DNA of 20,000 nt from sequence record DRR723986_2433. One strand, 5' to 3'. Positions 8,659 through 16,267 of this stretch are shown here, piece by piece (the first letter of the stretch is position 1; each line of letters opens with the position of its first letter). The position numbers and the translations under genes were made by a program. The notes beneath the pieces were generated by a model, which did no database searches, was not told the origin of the DNA, and saw only the letters and a list, made by a program, of their open reading frames with translations.

Positions 8659-8674
8659 ATAGTCAATTACTATA
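8659..8674. promoter_or_regulatory. ATAG-N7-CTAT palindrome (LysR T-N11-A / OxyR-like half site) overlapping a minus-strand -10-like TATAGT
   Basis: ATAGTCAATTACTAT at 8659-8673. ACTATA at 8669-8674 reads TATAGT on the minus strand. The palindrome begins about 34 nt upstream of the reductase start codon. Confidence 0.4.
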
Positions 8675-8886
8675 GACTTTGATTTTTAATCACGCATTGC
8701 TATCGTAAACGTTGAGTACTGGCATTGTAAGCGCAATCCAAATGTATACGGGTGTTTACCAAATAGAGTGGCATTGGTTAAGATGCGCGTAGACATTCGG
8801 TTTTCGAGCCCCTTTCTCAGTTAGGCTTGCTACATTCCATTATTATCAGACGACTTCTACACAATACACATCAAAGGGAGACAACT

Positions 8887-9726
8887 TTGAGTACATTTGA
8901 TCGCATCGGCACTTCTCGTATTATCAAAACTGCGGCCTTGGCTTTGTCAGTGACTGTTTTGGCCGCTTGCGGATCAATTACAGGTATCAAAGATATTCCC
9001 GAGTACCTCGACTCTGATTTTGAGCATGTGGGTCCGCGTGATTTCATCACCAATATCGATCTGGCCCGCATCAAGCTGGGCATGTCGCCGCTTCAGGTTC
9101 AAAACCGATTGGGCATGCCCATGCTGAGCGCGAAAGACCAAGACGATCGCTGGGACTATGTGCTGAAAAAAGGTCAGGGCGCCAGCGAAGAGTTTGTGCC
9201 CTATGCTGTTTACTTCAAAGATCAAAAAGTGGTGCGTTTGGCGCCATTGACTCCACCGCCTGCACCCGTGGCTGATGCACCTGTCGAGGCACCTGCGGTG
9301 GATGCCTCTGCGGTTGTTGCACCAGAAGCCAGCGCTGGCGAGGTGATGGCCCCCGAGCCCAGTTTGGCTGTGGGTGCTGATGTGGGTGACGCTGCTGCGA
9401 TTAACGACATGTTGAGCAACTGGGCTGCCGCCTGGTCGTCTAAAGATGCGAATGGATATCTCGGTTTTTATGCAGATACCTTTGAGCATGGAAAGAAATC
9501 CCGCGCTGCTTGGGAAAGCCAGCGTCGTGCGCGTTTGTCCGACAAGGAAACCATCTCGGTTAGCGTGTCCGATGTTCAAATTGATGTTCAGTCCGAGGCC
9601 TTGGCCACAGTCAAGTTCAAACAAGACTATTCATCGAACCGCTACAACGACTCCGGCATCAAGGTACTGACCTTGTCCAAGGCCAGCGGTGCCTGGAAAA
9701 TTCAACGCGAAGAATTTCAGAAGTAA
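8887..9726 (+). CDS. Outer-membrane lipoprotein: BamE/SmpA-OmlA-like domain + Pro/Ala linker + NTF2-like (Csd6/Pgp2 C-terminal type) domain
   Basis: SD AGGGAG (8875-8880) then TTG at 8887. Lipobox LAAC (Cys28) with Gly at +2. BamE-like segment LARIKLGMSPLQVQNRLGMP...DRWDYV...VYFKDQKV. C-terminal WAAAWSSKDANGYLGFYA...VKFKQDYSSNRYNDSGIKVLTL...WKIQRE. Confidence 0.8.
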   Translation: MSTFDRIGTSRIIKTAALALSVTVLAACGSITGIKDIPEYLDSDFEHVGPRDFITNIDLARIKLGMSPLQVQNRLGMPMLSAKDQDDRWDYVLKKGQGASEEFVPYAVYFKDQKVVRLAPLTPPPAPVADAPVEAPAVDASAVVAPEASAGEVMAPEPSLAVGADVGDAAAINDMLSNWAAAWSSKDANGYLGFYADTFEHGKKSRAAWESQRRARLSDKETISVSVSDVQIDVQSEALATVKFKQDYSSNRYNDSGIKVLTLSKASGAWKIQREEFQK

Positions 9727-9746
9727 TTCTTTCTGACCGCGAAAGC

Positions 9747-9788
9747 ACAAAACCCCTTGTGGCTCTAAGCTGCAAGGGGTTTTGTTTT
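9747..9788. terminator. Bidirectional intrinsic terminator
   Basis: ACAAAACCCCTTG-TGGC-TCTAA-GCTG-CAAGGGGTTTTGT-TTT. A 13-bp perfect outer stem with A and T tracts, between convergent genes. Confidence 0.88.
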
Positions 9789-9806
9789 AATACAGGCTGC
9801 TTGGGG

Positions 9807-10862
9807 TTATTGCTCGAAAATCTGGATCTTTCCGCAACCATCCAAACGTTCTACCAAATCGCTGCCCATCAGTTTTGAAGGTGTGTAGGCGCCACCGGCC
9901 ACGTTCTTCTCCATCAAGATGAAGCTGGCCACGGCCAGTGATCCCATGACGGTCAAAGAATATCCATTGGCAGTTTTTACCCGGGCAACCACCTTTTTAC
10001 CTTCGGCATTCGTGGCCTCACCCCACACATACGCAGGCATTTTCGCGCGTTGTTCTTCGTTGGGGCCTTCTACTTTCCCAGCCTGTTTTTTCAGAATTCC
10101 CTGAACCAGAGACATGCCCAGAATAGGGCGGGCCAGGTTTGCAGCACGCATCATCCGCACCGATTTTGGTGACGACGGGATGTACACCTCAATGTTGCGA
10201 ATGCCGGTACTGTGAAATGCAGTAGACACATCACCCCACGGAATGGTGACAGCAAACTTGGTGCCGTTGCCAAAATTGATTTCACGAGTGTTGTAGCCCA
10301 AACCAACGGCCTTGATTTCACCGTCTTCACGAATGCGGCCACCCAGCTTCATGGCCTCGACGGTGGTTTTCGCAGTGCCGGCAGACAAGCCACTGCGGGA
10401 ATCAAAACCAAGCGCCAAGTGTGTGGCATCTGGCAACAACTCGTGCAGGCGGGCAGCAACGCAATCTGTTGGAATCACATCGAAGCCCACACCCGGGCAC
10501 AGCACAATTTTTTGTTTGCGTGCTTTGCCACTCAGTGATTGAGCAAGTTCGAACACCGAAATTTCACCCGTGATGTCAAGGTAGTGTGTTTTGGTTTGCA
10601 GACAAGCCATCATCATCGGCTCGGCTGTCTCCGAAAAGGGACCAGCGCAATGCAAAACCAGGTCAACTTCATTCAACCCTTCAAGCAAGGCGGTCTCGTC
10701 ATTCAACGAAAAAACTCTGCTGGGCAGGCTCAGCTTGTTGGCCAACGCCGTCACTGCGGCCTCGTTGCGGCCAGCCAAAATGGGCCGCATGCCGCGTTTG
10801 GCCGCTTCGCGTGCAATCATTTCACCGGTGTAACCATTGGCACCGTAGATCATCCAGGGCAT
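9807..10862 (-). CDS. Saccharopine dehydrogenase-like NAD(P)-binding oxidoreductase (trans-acting enoyl reductase family)
   Basis: IYGANGYTG, LAGRN, VLHCAGPF, HYLDITGE, GVGFDVIPTD, SAGTAKT and GGAYTP. SD AGGAG upstream. Confidence 0.85.
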   Translation of the reverse strand: MPWMIYGANGYTGEMIAREAAKRGMRPILAGRNEAAVTALANKLSLPSRVFSLNDETALLEGLNEVDLVLHCAGPFSETAEPMMMACLQTKTHYLDITGEISVFELAQSLSGKARKQKIVLCPGVGFDVIPTDCVAARLHELLPDATHLALGFDSRSGLSAGTAKTTVEAMKLGGRIREDGEIKAVGLGYNTREINFGNGTKFAVTIPWGDVSTAFHSTGIRNIEVYIPSSPKSVRMMRAANLARPILGMSLVQGILKKQAGKVEGPNEEQRAKMPAYVWGEATNAEGKKVVARVKTANGYSLTVMGSLAVASFILMEKNVAGGAYTPSKLMGSDLVERLDGCGKIQIFEQ

Positions 10863-10881
10863 TGCGTCTCCTAAAGCGCTT

Positions 10882-10901
10882 GGAGCCCTCCAAAGGGCTC
10901 C
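10882..10901. other. Intercistronic perfect hairpin without a U-tract
   Basis: GGAGCCCT-CCAA-AGGGCTCC between the SRPBCC gene and the reductase. Confidence 0.65.
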
Positions 10902-10914
10902 CTCATTGTTTTGT

Positions 10915-11379
10915 TCAAGATTCCAGTTTGGCTTTCACGCGATCCAGAAATGTTCCAACCTGTGCATCGAATTCCGACTTCACGATACCTTCGGCAATCC
11001 CCTTCATTAGACGGGGCACCGGCATTTCGAACTCGCCAGTGGAGCGGAACGAGATTGTACATGCCTTGGGGCCGTCTTCCTTAATGACCCAGCCGCCTGC
11101 AACAGTGGCATTGCCTTCACCTGGAACCGGGTTCCAGTCAATTTTCGATTTTCCATCGTTGGTGTACTTCACCGCATATTTCACTTGGTGTGAAATGCCC
11201 GCGGCACCAATTTTTGCCATTTCCCAGCGCCACACTGCATCGCCAAGGTCAACAATTTTGTCCAGTTTGGGAAACAAAGCCACGGTGTCGGCGACATCTG
11301 CCAATTGGTCAAACGCTTTTTTGGCACTGCATGCCACTTTGAACGATTTTTCGATTTTTACATTCACGTTAACTGCCAT
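10915..11379 (-). CDS. SRPBCC/START-fold (CoxG-like) hydrophobic-ligand-binding protein
   Basis: 154 aa. The pattern SFKVACSAKKAFDQLADV..TVALFP, the beta-rich core and the C-terminal amphipathic helix (LMKGIAEGIVKSEFDAQVGTFLDRVKAKLE) fit the SRPBCC fold. SD GAGGGA upstream. Confidence 0.78.
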   Translation of the reverse strand: MAVNVNVKIEKSFKVACSAKKAFDQLADVADTVALFPKLDKIVDLGDAVWRWEMAKIGAAGISHQVKYAVKYTNDGKSKIDWNPVPGEGNATVAGGWVIKEDGPKACTISFRSTGEFEMPVPRLMKGIAEGIVKSEFDAQVGTFLDRVKAKLES

Positions 11380-11401
11380 ATGTCCCTCACTTTTTTGTGG
11401 A

Positions 11402-11620
11402 TGTTGTACTGCATGGGTTGAAGTGTATCGGTTAATTGGTGCGCTTGTTAGCCCGATGAGGCAACTGCGTGGCGCTTGATTGGGGGCTTGTGAAATCTCG
11501 TCAAATACCTGCTTTGACTGAAATCATCTGTGTTGCGTCGCACTTAATCTGTGATTCTTCCAAATCCTTGCGTGCACTGCTTCTTGGTCGGGTTTCATTG
11601 AAATTATGTTGCGGTGCAAT
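11402..11620. promoter_or_regulatory. Three copies of TGTTGYRNYGCA (PhaR-like boxes) in the SRPBCC/fadE divergent region
   Basis: TGTTGTACTGCA (11402-11413), TGTTGCGTCGCA (11531-11542) and TGTTGCGGTGCA (11607-11618). Confidence 0.55.
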
Positions 11621-11621
11621 G

Positions 11622-11634
11622 TAAATCATTGATT
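11622..11634 (-). promoter_or_regulatory. IHF-consensus site
   Basis: Minus strand reads AATCAATGATTTA, an exact match to WATCAANNNNTTR, with an A-tract on its 5' side. Confidence 0.45.
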
Positions 11635-11685
11635 TTTTTCGAATTGAGGCTCTAGAAAAGTCGCTGTTTTTTTGGTGCAATGAGG

Positions 11686-11714
11686 TTGACAGTTGTTCAC
11701 TGAAAGCGCATGTT
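11686..11714 (+). promoter_or_regulatory. Candidate sigma70 promoter of fadE
   Basis: Perfect -35 TTGACA (11686-11691), 17-nt spacer, weak -10 CATGTT (11709-11714). Confidence 0.45.
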
Positions 11715-11721
11715 ACGCCTC

Positions 11722-11743
11722 AGTAACTTTGAAGTAACTTTGA
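11722..11743 (+). repeat. Perfect 11-bp tandem direct repeat (AGTAACTTTGA)x2 in the fadE leader
   Basis: AGTAACTTTGA at 11722-11732 and at 11733-11743. Confidence 0.85.
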
Positions 11744-11764
11744 TGACATTCAAGGGGTATAAAC

Positions 11765-14260
11765 ATGTCAAATTCACTTTTCGCCGTTTTTTCAGCAGTA
11801 GTGCTGATCGGCCTTGTCTACAGCGGTGCAAACCTGCTGACCTTCACCGCCGCCATTGGTGCGGCTGCTCTGGGTTTCTATGCCTTGGGTGGTCTCGGTG
11901 AGTTGGGCCTCATTGTGTTTGCCGCAATTTACCTGCCGATCGCTGTGGTACTTAACGTGCCCGGCCTGCGCCGTGGCGTGTTGACCGCACCAATCTTCAA
12001 GGCCTTCAGCAAGGCCCTGCCAGCCATGAGTCCAACTGAAAAGGATGCGCTTGAGGCAGGTGACACTTGGTGGGAAGCCGAAATGTTTGGTGGCAAGCCA
12101 GACTGGTCAAAGTTGATGGATGTGAAGTACACCGAGCTGACAGCCGATGAAAAGTCTTTTCTAGAAAACGAGACCGAAGAACTGTGCAAAATGCTCGACG
12201 ACTGGAAAATCACCTTCGAGCTGAAAGACCTGCCTCAAGAAGTGTGGGATTTCATGGGCAAGAAGAAGTTCTTCGCCATGTTGATCGCCAAAGAACATGG
12301 CGGTTTGGGTTTCTCTCCCTACGCACAAAGCTGCGTGGTTGCGAAAATTGCGACCCGCTCCCTGACAGCGTCAGTGACCGTGATGGTTCCCAACTCCTTG
12401 GGCCCAGGCGAACTGATCATGCACTACGGCACGCAAGAACAGAAAGACTATTGGTTGCCTCGCTTGGTAGACGGCCGTGAAATTCCATGTTTCGGCTTGA
12501 CCGGTCCTGAAGTCGGCTCTGACGCATCCGCAATCCCTGACACCGGTGTGGTTGTCAAGCGCGTGGTAAACGGGAAAGAAGAGTTGGGCATCGTATTGAA
12601 TTTCAGCAAGCGCTATATCACCTTGGCACCCGTGGCCACTGTGGTTGGTTTGGCATTCAAGCTGAAAGATCCAGAAGGTTTGTTGGGCGACAAAAACAAG
12701 GTCGACTACGGTATTACCTGCGCTTTGCTGCCAGCCGACACACCCAATGTACAAATTGGCCGCCGCCACTTCCCGGGCGCGGTGTTCATGAACGGCCCCA
12801 TCATCGGTAACGACGTTTACATTCCGCTGACTTCCATCATTGGTGGCCGAGAAATGGCCGGCAAGGGTTGGAGAATGCTGGTTGAATGTTTGTCAGCAGG
12901 CCGTGGTATTTCATTGCCAGCGCTGTCTGCTGCTTCTGGTTGGGGCATGTACCTGGCCACTGGCGCCTACGCCCGAATTCGTCGCCAATTCAAAATGCCA
13001 ATTGGTCGTTTTGAAGGCGTTCAGGAGGCAACCGGCAAAATCGGTGGCTTGACCTACAAACTGGAAGCGTCACGCGTGTTGACAGCAACAGCTTGTGCTG
13101 AATGTGCACCGTCCGTTGTCACCGCCATGATGAAGTACCACATGACTGAAATGATGCGTGAAATCATTCTACGCTCCATGGACGTACACGGTGGTCGTAC
13201 GGTAATTCTTGGCCCACGCAACTACCTGGGTCAGGCTTACCAAGCCATGCCAGTTGCCATTACTGTTGAAGGCGCGAACATCATGACGCGTAACCTGATC
13301 GTGTTTGGTCAGGGTGCAATTCGTTGTCATCCCTGGGTGCTGAAAGAAATGCAGGCCGCCCAAAACCCGAACAAAGAGGAAGGCTTGCGCGATTTCGACA
13401 AAGCATTCTTCGGCCACTTGGGTCATATTTTCAACCGTGCCATGCGTGCCTTGGTGTTGGGCCTGACCGGCAACCGTTTGGCGAAAAGCCCCGTGAGCGG
13501 CCCAATGGCTGATTATGCAAAAGCCATTGAGCGCCGTTCTGCCGCTCTGGCATTCACGGCCGACGTGGCCATGGGTGTATTGGGCGGTGAGCTGAAGCGA
13601 CGCGAGCGTTTGTCGGCCCGCTTGGGTGACGTGCTCAGCCACCTGTACATGGCCACAGCCGTGCTGAAGTACTTTGAAACCAATGGCCGTTTGGCTGATG
13701 AGTTGCCACACGCGCAGTGGGCGATCGAAGATTCCTTGTTTGAAATCGACAAGGCTTTCACCGAGTTCAACCGCAACTTCCCCAACAAGGCTGTTGGCAA
13801 ACTGCTGAACTTCGTGGCCTACCCATTGGGCATGGGCAAAACCAAAGGCCCAAGCGACAAGGTGAATGCCGAAGTGGCAGAACTCCTGATGACTCGCAAT
13901 GCTTTCGCAAATCGCCTGCTCGACAAAGTGTTTGTAGGCGAAGGCTTGTCCGACCCAACTGGTCGCATTCTGGAGGCTGCCGACAAACTGTTGTCCATCG
14001 AGCCCGGTTACAGCAACTTCCTGAAGGCGGTGTCATCAGGCAAGGTGGTGGGAGAAGGTCTGGAAGCCCAGTTGAAAGACGCTGTGGCCAAGAACCTGAT
14101 CAGCCCCGATCTGGCCCAAGGTATTCGCGAGTACGAACCAATTCGTTTCGATGCGATCCTGACCGACGACTTCAGCAAAGACTACTTGCGTACCAACGGT
14201 CAAATTCCTGACGAGATCATTGAAGCCAAGCCAGTCACGGAGTACAAGGCAGCTGCTTGA
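11765..14260 (+). CDS. fadE: Acyl-CoA dehydrogenase FadE (long, membrane-anchored type)
   Basis: 831 aa. Hydrophobic N-terminus, LPAMSPTEKDALEAGDTWWE, VMVPNSLGPGELIMHYGT, PCFGLTGPEVGSDA, ECLSAGRGISLP, ITVEGANIMTR and LKRRERLSARLGDVLS. Confidence 0.95.
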   Translation: MSNSLFAVFSAVVLIGLVYSGANLLTFTAAIGAAALGFYALGGLGELGLIVFAAIYLPIAVVLNVPGLRRGVLTAPIFKAFSKALPAMSPTEKDALEAGDTWWEAEMFGGKPDWSKLMDVKYTELTADEKSFLENETEELCKMLDDWKITFELKDLPQEVWDFMGKKKFFAMLIAKEHGGLGFSPYAQSCVVAKIATRSLTASVTVMVPNSLGPGELIMHYGTQEQKDYWLPRLVDGREIPCFGLTGPEVGSDASAIPDTGVVVKRVVNGKEELGIVLNFSKRYITLAPVATVVGLAFKLKDPEGLLGDKNKVDYGITCALLPADTPNVQIGRRHFPGAVFMNGPIIGNDVYIPLTSIIGGREMAGKGWRMLVECLSAGRGISLPALSAASGWGMYLATGAYARIRRQFKMPIGRFEGVQEATGKIGGLTYKLEASRVLTATACAECAPSVVTAMMKYHMTEMMREIILRSMDVHGGRTVILGPRNYLGQAYQAMPVAITVEGANIMTRNLIVFGQGAIRCHPWVLKEMQAAQNPNKEEGLRDFDKAFFGHLGHIFNRAMRALVLGLTGNRLAKSPVSGPMADYAKAIERRSAALAFTADVAMGVLGGELKRRERLSARLGDVLSHLYMATAVLKYFETNGRLADELPHAQWAIEDSLFEIDKAFTEFNRNFPNKAVGKLLNFVAYPLGMGKTKGPSDKVNAEVAELLMTRNAFANRLLDKVFVGEGLSDPTGRILEAADKLLSIEPGYSNFLKAVSSGKVVGEGLEAQLKDAVAKNLISPDLAQGIREYEPIRFDAILTDDFSKDYLRTNGQIPDEIIEAKPVTEYKAAA

Positions 14261-14309
14261 TTTTAAAGGGCAAGTTTTCTCGCTATATTTTGTTGTAGCG
14301 AAAACATCG

Positions 14310-14341
14310 AAAGGCCTCGCGAAAGCGGGGCCTTTTTTGTT
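14310..14341 (+). terminator. Intrinsic terminator after fadE
   Basis: AAAGGCCTCGC-GAAA-GCGGGGCCTTT-TTTGTT. GNRA loop and U-tract. Confidence 0.9.
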
Positions 14342-14375
14342 ACTCGTTCAGAATTTTTTGCGCTATGCTGAATAC

Positions 14376-16175
14376 ATGGCAATTGAATTGATTCGTGACA
14401 ATCGTTTTGGCGCATTCTTCTGGACGCAGTTTCTCGGCGCGTTCAACGACAACCTTTTGAAATTCGCGGTTACGCTTGCAGTCACCTACAACGATGCACT
14501 TCGCGGCAGTTTTTCGCCCGGTTTGCTCATCAATCTGATTGCGGCACTGTTCATTCTCCCCTTTGTCATTTTCTCCGCCACCAGCGGACAACTTGCCGAC
14601 AAATTCGATAAAACCAAAGTCATGCGATTGGCCAAATGGCTTGAGCCACCCATTGTGCTGATCACCGCTGCTGGCTTTTTATTGAATTCCGTTGAACTGC
14701 TCATCCTTGGTGTATTTTTGCTGGGTACCCAATCTGCATTTTTTGGTCCCGCAAAATACGCTTATTTGCCCGAACAACTCAAGTCAAGCGAGCTGGTCAT
14801 GGGCAACGCCTTGGTCGAGTCCGCAACATTCATGGCCATTTTGCTGGGGACAATCGCTGCCGGTAGTTTGATGAGCCAAGAGGCCGGCGATGTCGCTGTT
14901 TACATCGTGTGCGGGTTTGGTTTTGTGGTGGCCTTGTTGGGTGTATACCAAGCGCAGCGTATGCCTTTGACTCCATCCCATTCGCCCGACCTGAAGGTGA
15001 ATTGGAACTTGTTTACGGAAACATGGCGCAATGTCAGTTTCGCAACCAATTTACCCAAAGTCTGGCCAGCCTTGCTTGGAATTTCCTGGCTTTGGTTTGT
15101 GGGGGCAACCTATTTGACCCAGTTCCCGCTGTTGTCGAAAACCCTGCTCAATGCCAGCCCGGGTGTGGCCACTGTGCTGCTTTTCGCGTTTACCGTTGGG
15201 TTGGGTATTGGCGCATTTTTGTGCGAAAAATGGTCGCGAAAGCGCATCGAAATGGGTTTGGTGTTGTGGGGCTTGGTCGTGATGATTCTGGCTGGTGTAT
15301 TGCTGCATGGTGTGCTGGTGACCTATCAAACCAATCCGGATCAACAAACTGTGGTCGAATTTTTTAGTCAACTGAACAACCTGGCCGTGCTCGGGCTATT
15401 TGTACTGATCAGTGTTGGCGTGGGTTTGTACAGCGTTCCCCTGTACGCCACCATGCAAGCCTTTGCGCCCAAAGAAAGCCGCTCGCGGGTGGTGTCGGCC
15501 AACAACATCATCAATTCTTTTTTCATGGTGGTTTCCGCCGGGTTCGCCATCGTCATTTTGCTGGCCTTGAAAGGCGAGGTTCTCTGGGTGTTCACCGCAG
15601 TCACTGCCATCAATGTGGTGGTTTTGGGCCTGTGGTTGTTCAAGCAGCCGTATGTGGTGCTTCGCGCTCAGCTGCTGTTGAAGGTTCCGGGCAAACATTT
15701 GCCACGTATAGAAAACATGGATCATCTGGGCGATTCGGGTGGCAACCTTATTGTGTTCCCAACCTTGCTTCATGAAAATTATCTGCAGCGCATGGCGGGT
15801 TTGCCCATTGAAATGACAGTGGTGCTTTCTGGGCGGTTAAAACAATCCAGGTTTGTGAATCGTTTGCGTAAACACGGCTTTGTGCTCGAGTTCAGCAAGC
15901 TCTCTGAAATTGATACTCAAAAGGAATTAATCAAGGCGATCGCGTCACATATTCAACAGGGCAAGTCGATCGCCATCGACAAACCCATGTTTGAACTGCT
16001 GCGCAAACAGTACCGCCTTGATGACATGCCTGGCGTGTTGGCCAAAAAGGGCGTGGTCATGAATGTGCTGGAGTTTATGGAAGAGCAAGTGCAACAAAAA
16101 GTTCAGAAAAGTGCAATTTCTCAAACAGTCTGGCGTCTAAACAAAAGAGAGGCTTTAACCGCTTCAGGGGTTTGA
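14376..16175 (+). CDS. MFS transporter of the LplT/Aas-associated family with a degenerate C-terminal PlsC-like acyltransferase domain
   Basis: RFGAFFWTQFLGAFNDNLLK, LFILPFVIFSATSGQLADKFDK, FFGPAKYAYLP, GNALVESATFMAILLG, LGISWLWFVG and VPLYATMQ...RSRVVSANNIIN, about 12 TM. ATG 14376 is preferred because the track start at 14220 lies inside fadE and runs through its terminator. Confidence 0.85.
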   Translation: MAIELIRDNRFGAFFWTQFLGAFNDNLLKFAVTLAVTYNDALRGSFSPGLLINLIAALFILPFVIFSATSGQLADKFDKTKVMRLAKWLEPPIVLITAAGFLLNSVELLILGVFLLGTQSAFFGPAKYAYLPEQLKSSELVMGNALVESATFMAILLGTIAAGSLMSQEAGDVAVYIVCGFGFVVALLGVYQAQRMPLTPSHSPDLKVNWNLFTETWRNVSFATNLPKVWPALLGISWLWFVGATYLTQFPLLSKTLLNASPGVATVLLFAFTVGLGIGAFLCEKWSRKRIEMGLVLWGLVVMILAGVLLHGVLVTYQTNPDQQTVVEFFSQLNNLAVLGLFVLISVGVGLYSVPLYATMQAFAPKESRSRVVSANNIINSFFMVVSAGFAIVILLALKGEVLWVFTAVTAINVVVLGLWLFKQPYVVLRAQLLLKVPGKHLPRIENMDHLGDSGGNLIVFPTLLHENYLQRMAGLPIEMTVVLSGRLKQSRFVNRLRKHGFVLEFSKLSEIDTQKELIKAIASHIQQGKSIAIDKPMFELLRKQYRLDDMPGVLAKKGVVMNVLEFMEEQVQQKVQKSAISQTVWRLNKREALTASGV

Positions 16176-16267
16176 TGGCCCAGTCGATCAGGAGATAGTG
16201 GTAACGACAAAGTGAAAAGGAAAGTGTTGCAAGCACCAAAACAGCACAAAAATGTAAACAAACAAGC

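Noticed and set aside
8827..8886. Track start of the lipoprotein at 8827
   Set aside because: The SD AGGGAG points to TTG 8887, which gives a normal-length lipoprotein signal peptide.
8626..8886. Hidden rubredoxin ORF or sRNA in the AT-rich divergent gap
   Set aside because: No CxxC-containing small ORF or terminator-ended structure seen. It looks like ordinary divergent promoter DNA.
10586..11479. 297-aa plus-strand ORF
   Set aside because: Antisense shadow of the reductase and SRPBCC genes. Ser/Arg/Pro-rich with no recognisable motif or RBS.
14220..14375. 52-codon N-terminal extension of the MFS ORF, or a possible fadE-MFS fusion
   Set aside because: It overlaps the fadE 3' end in a different frame and runs through a strong terminator. 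Family similarity starts at about ATG 14376.
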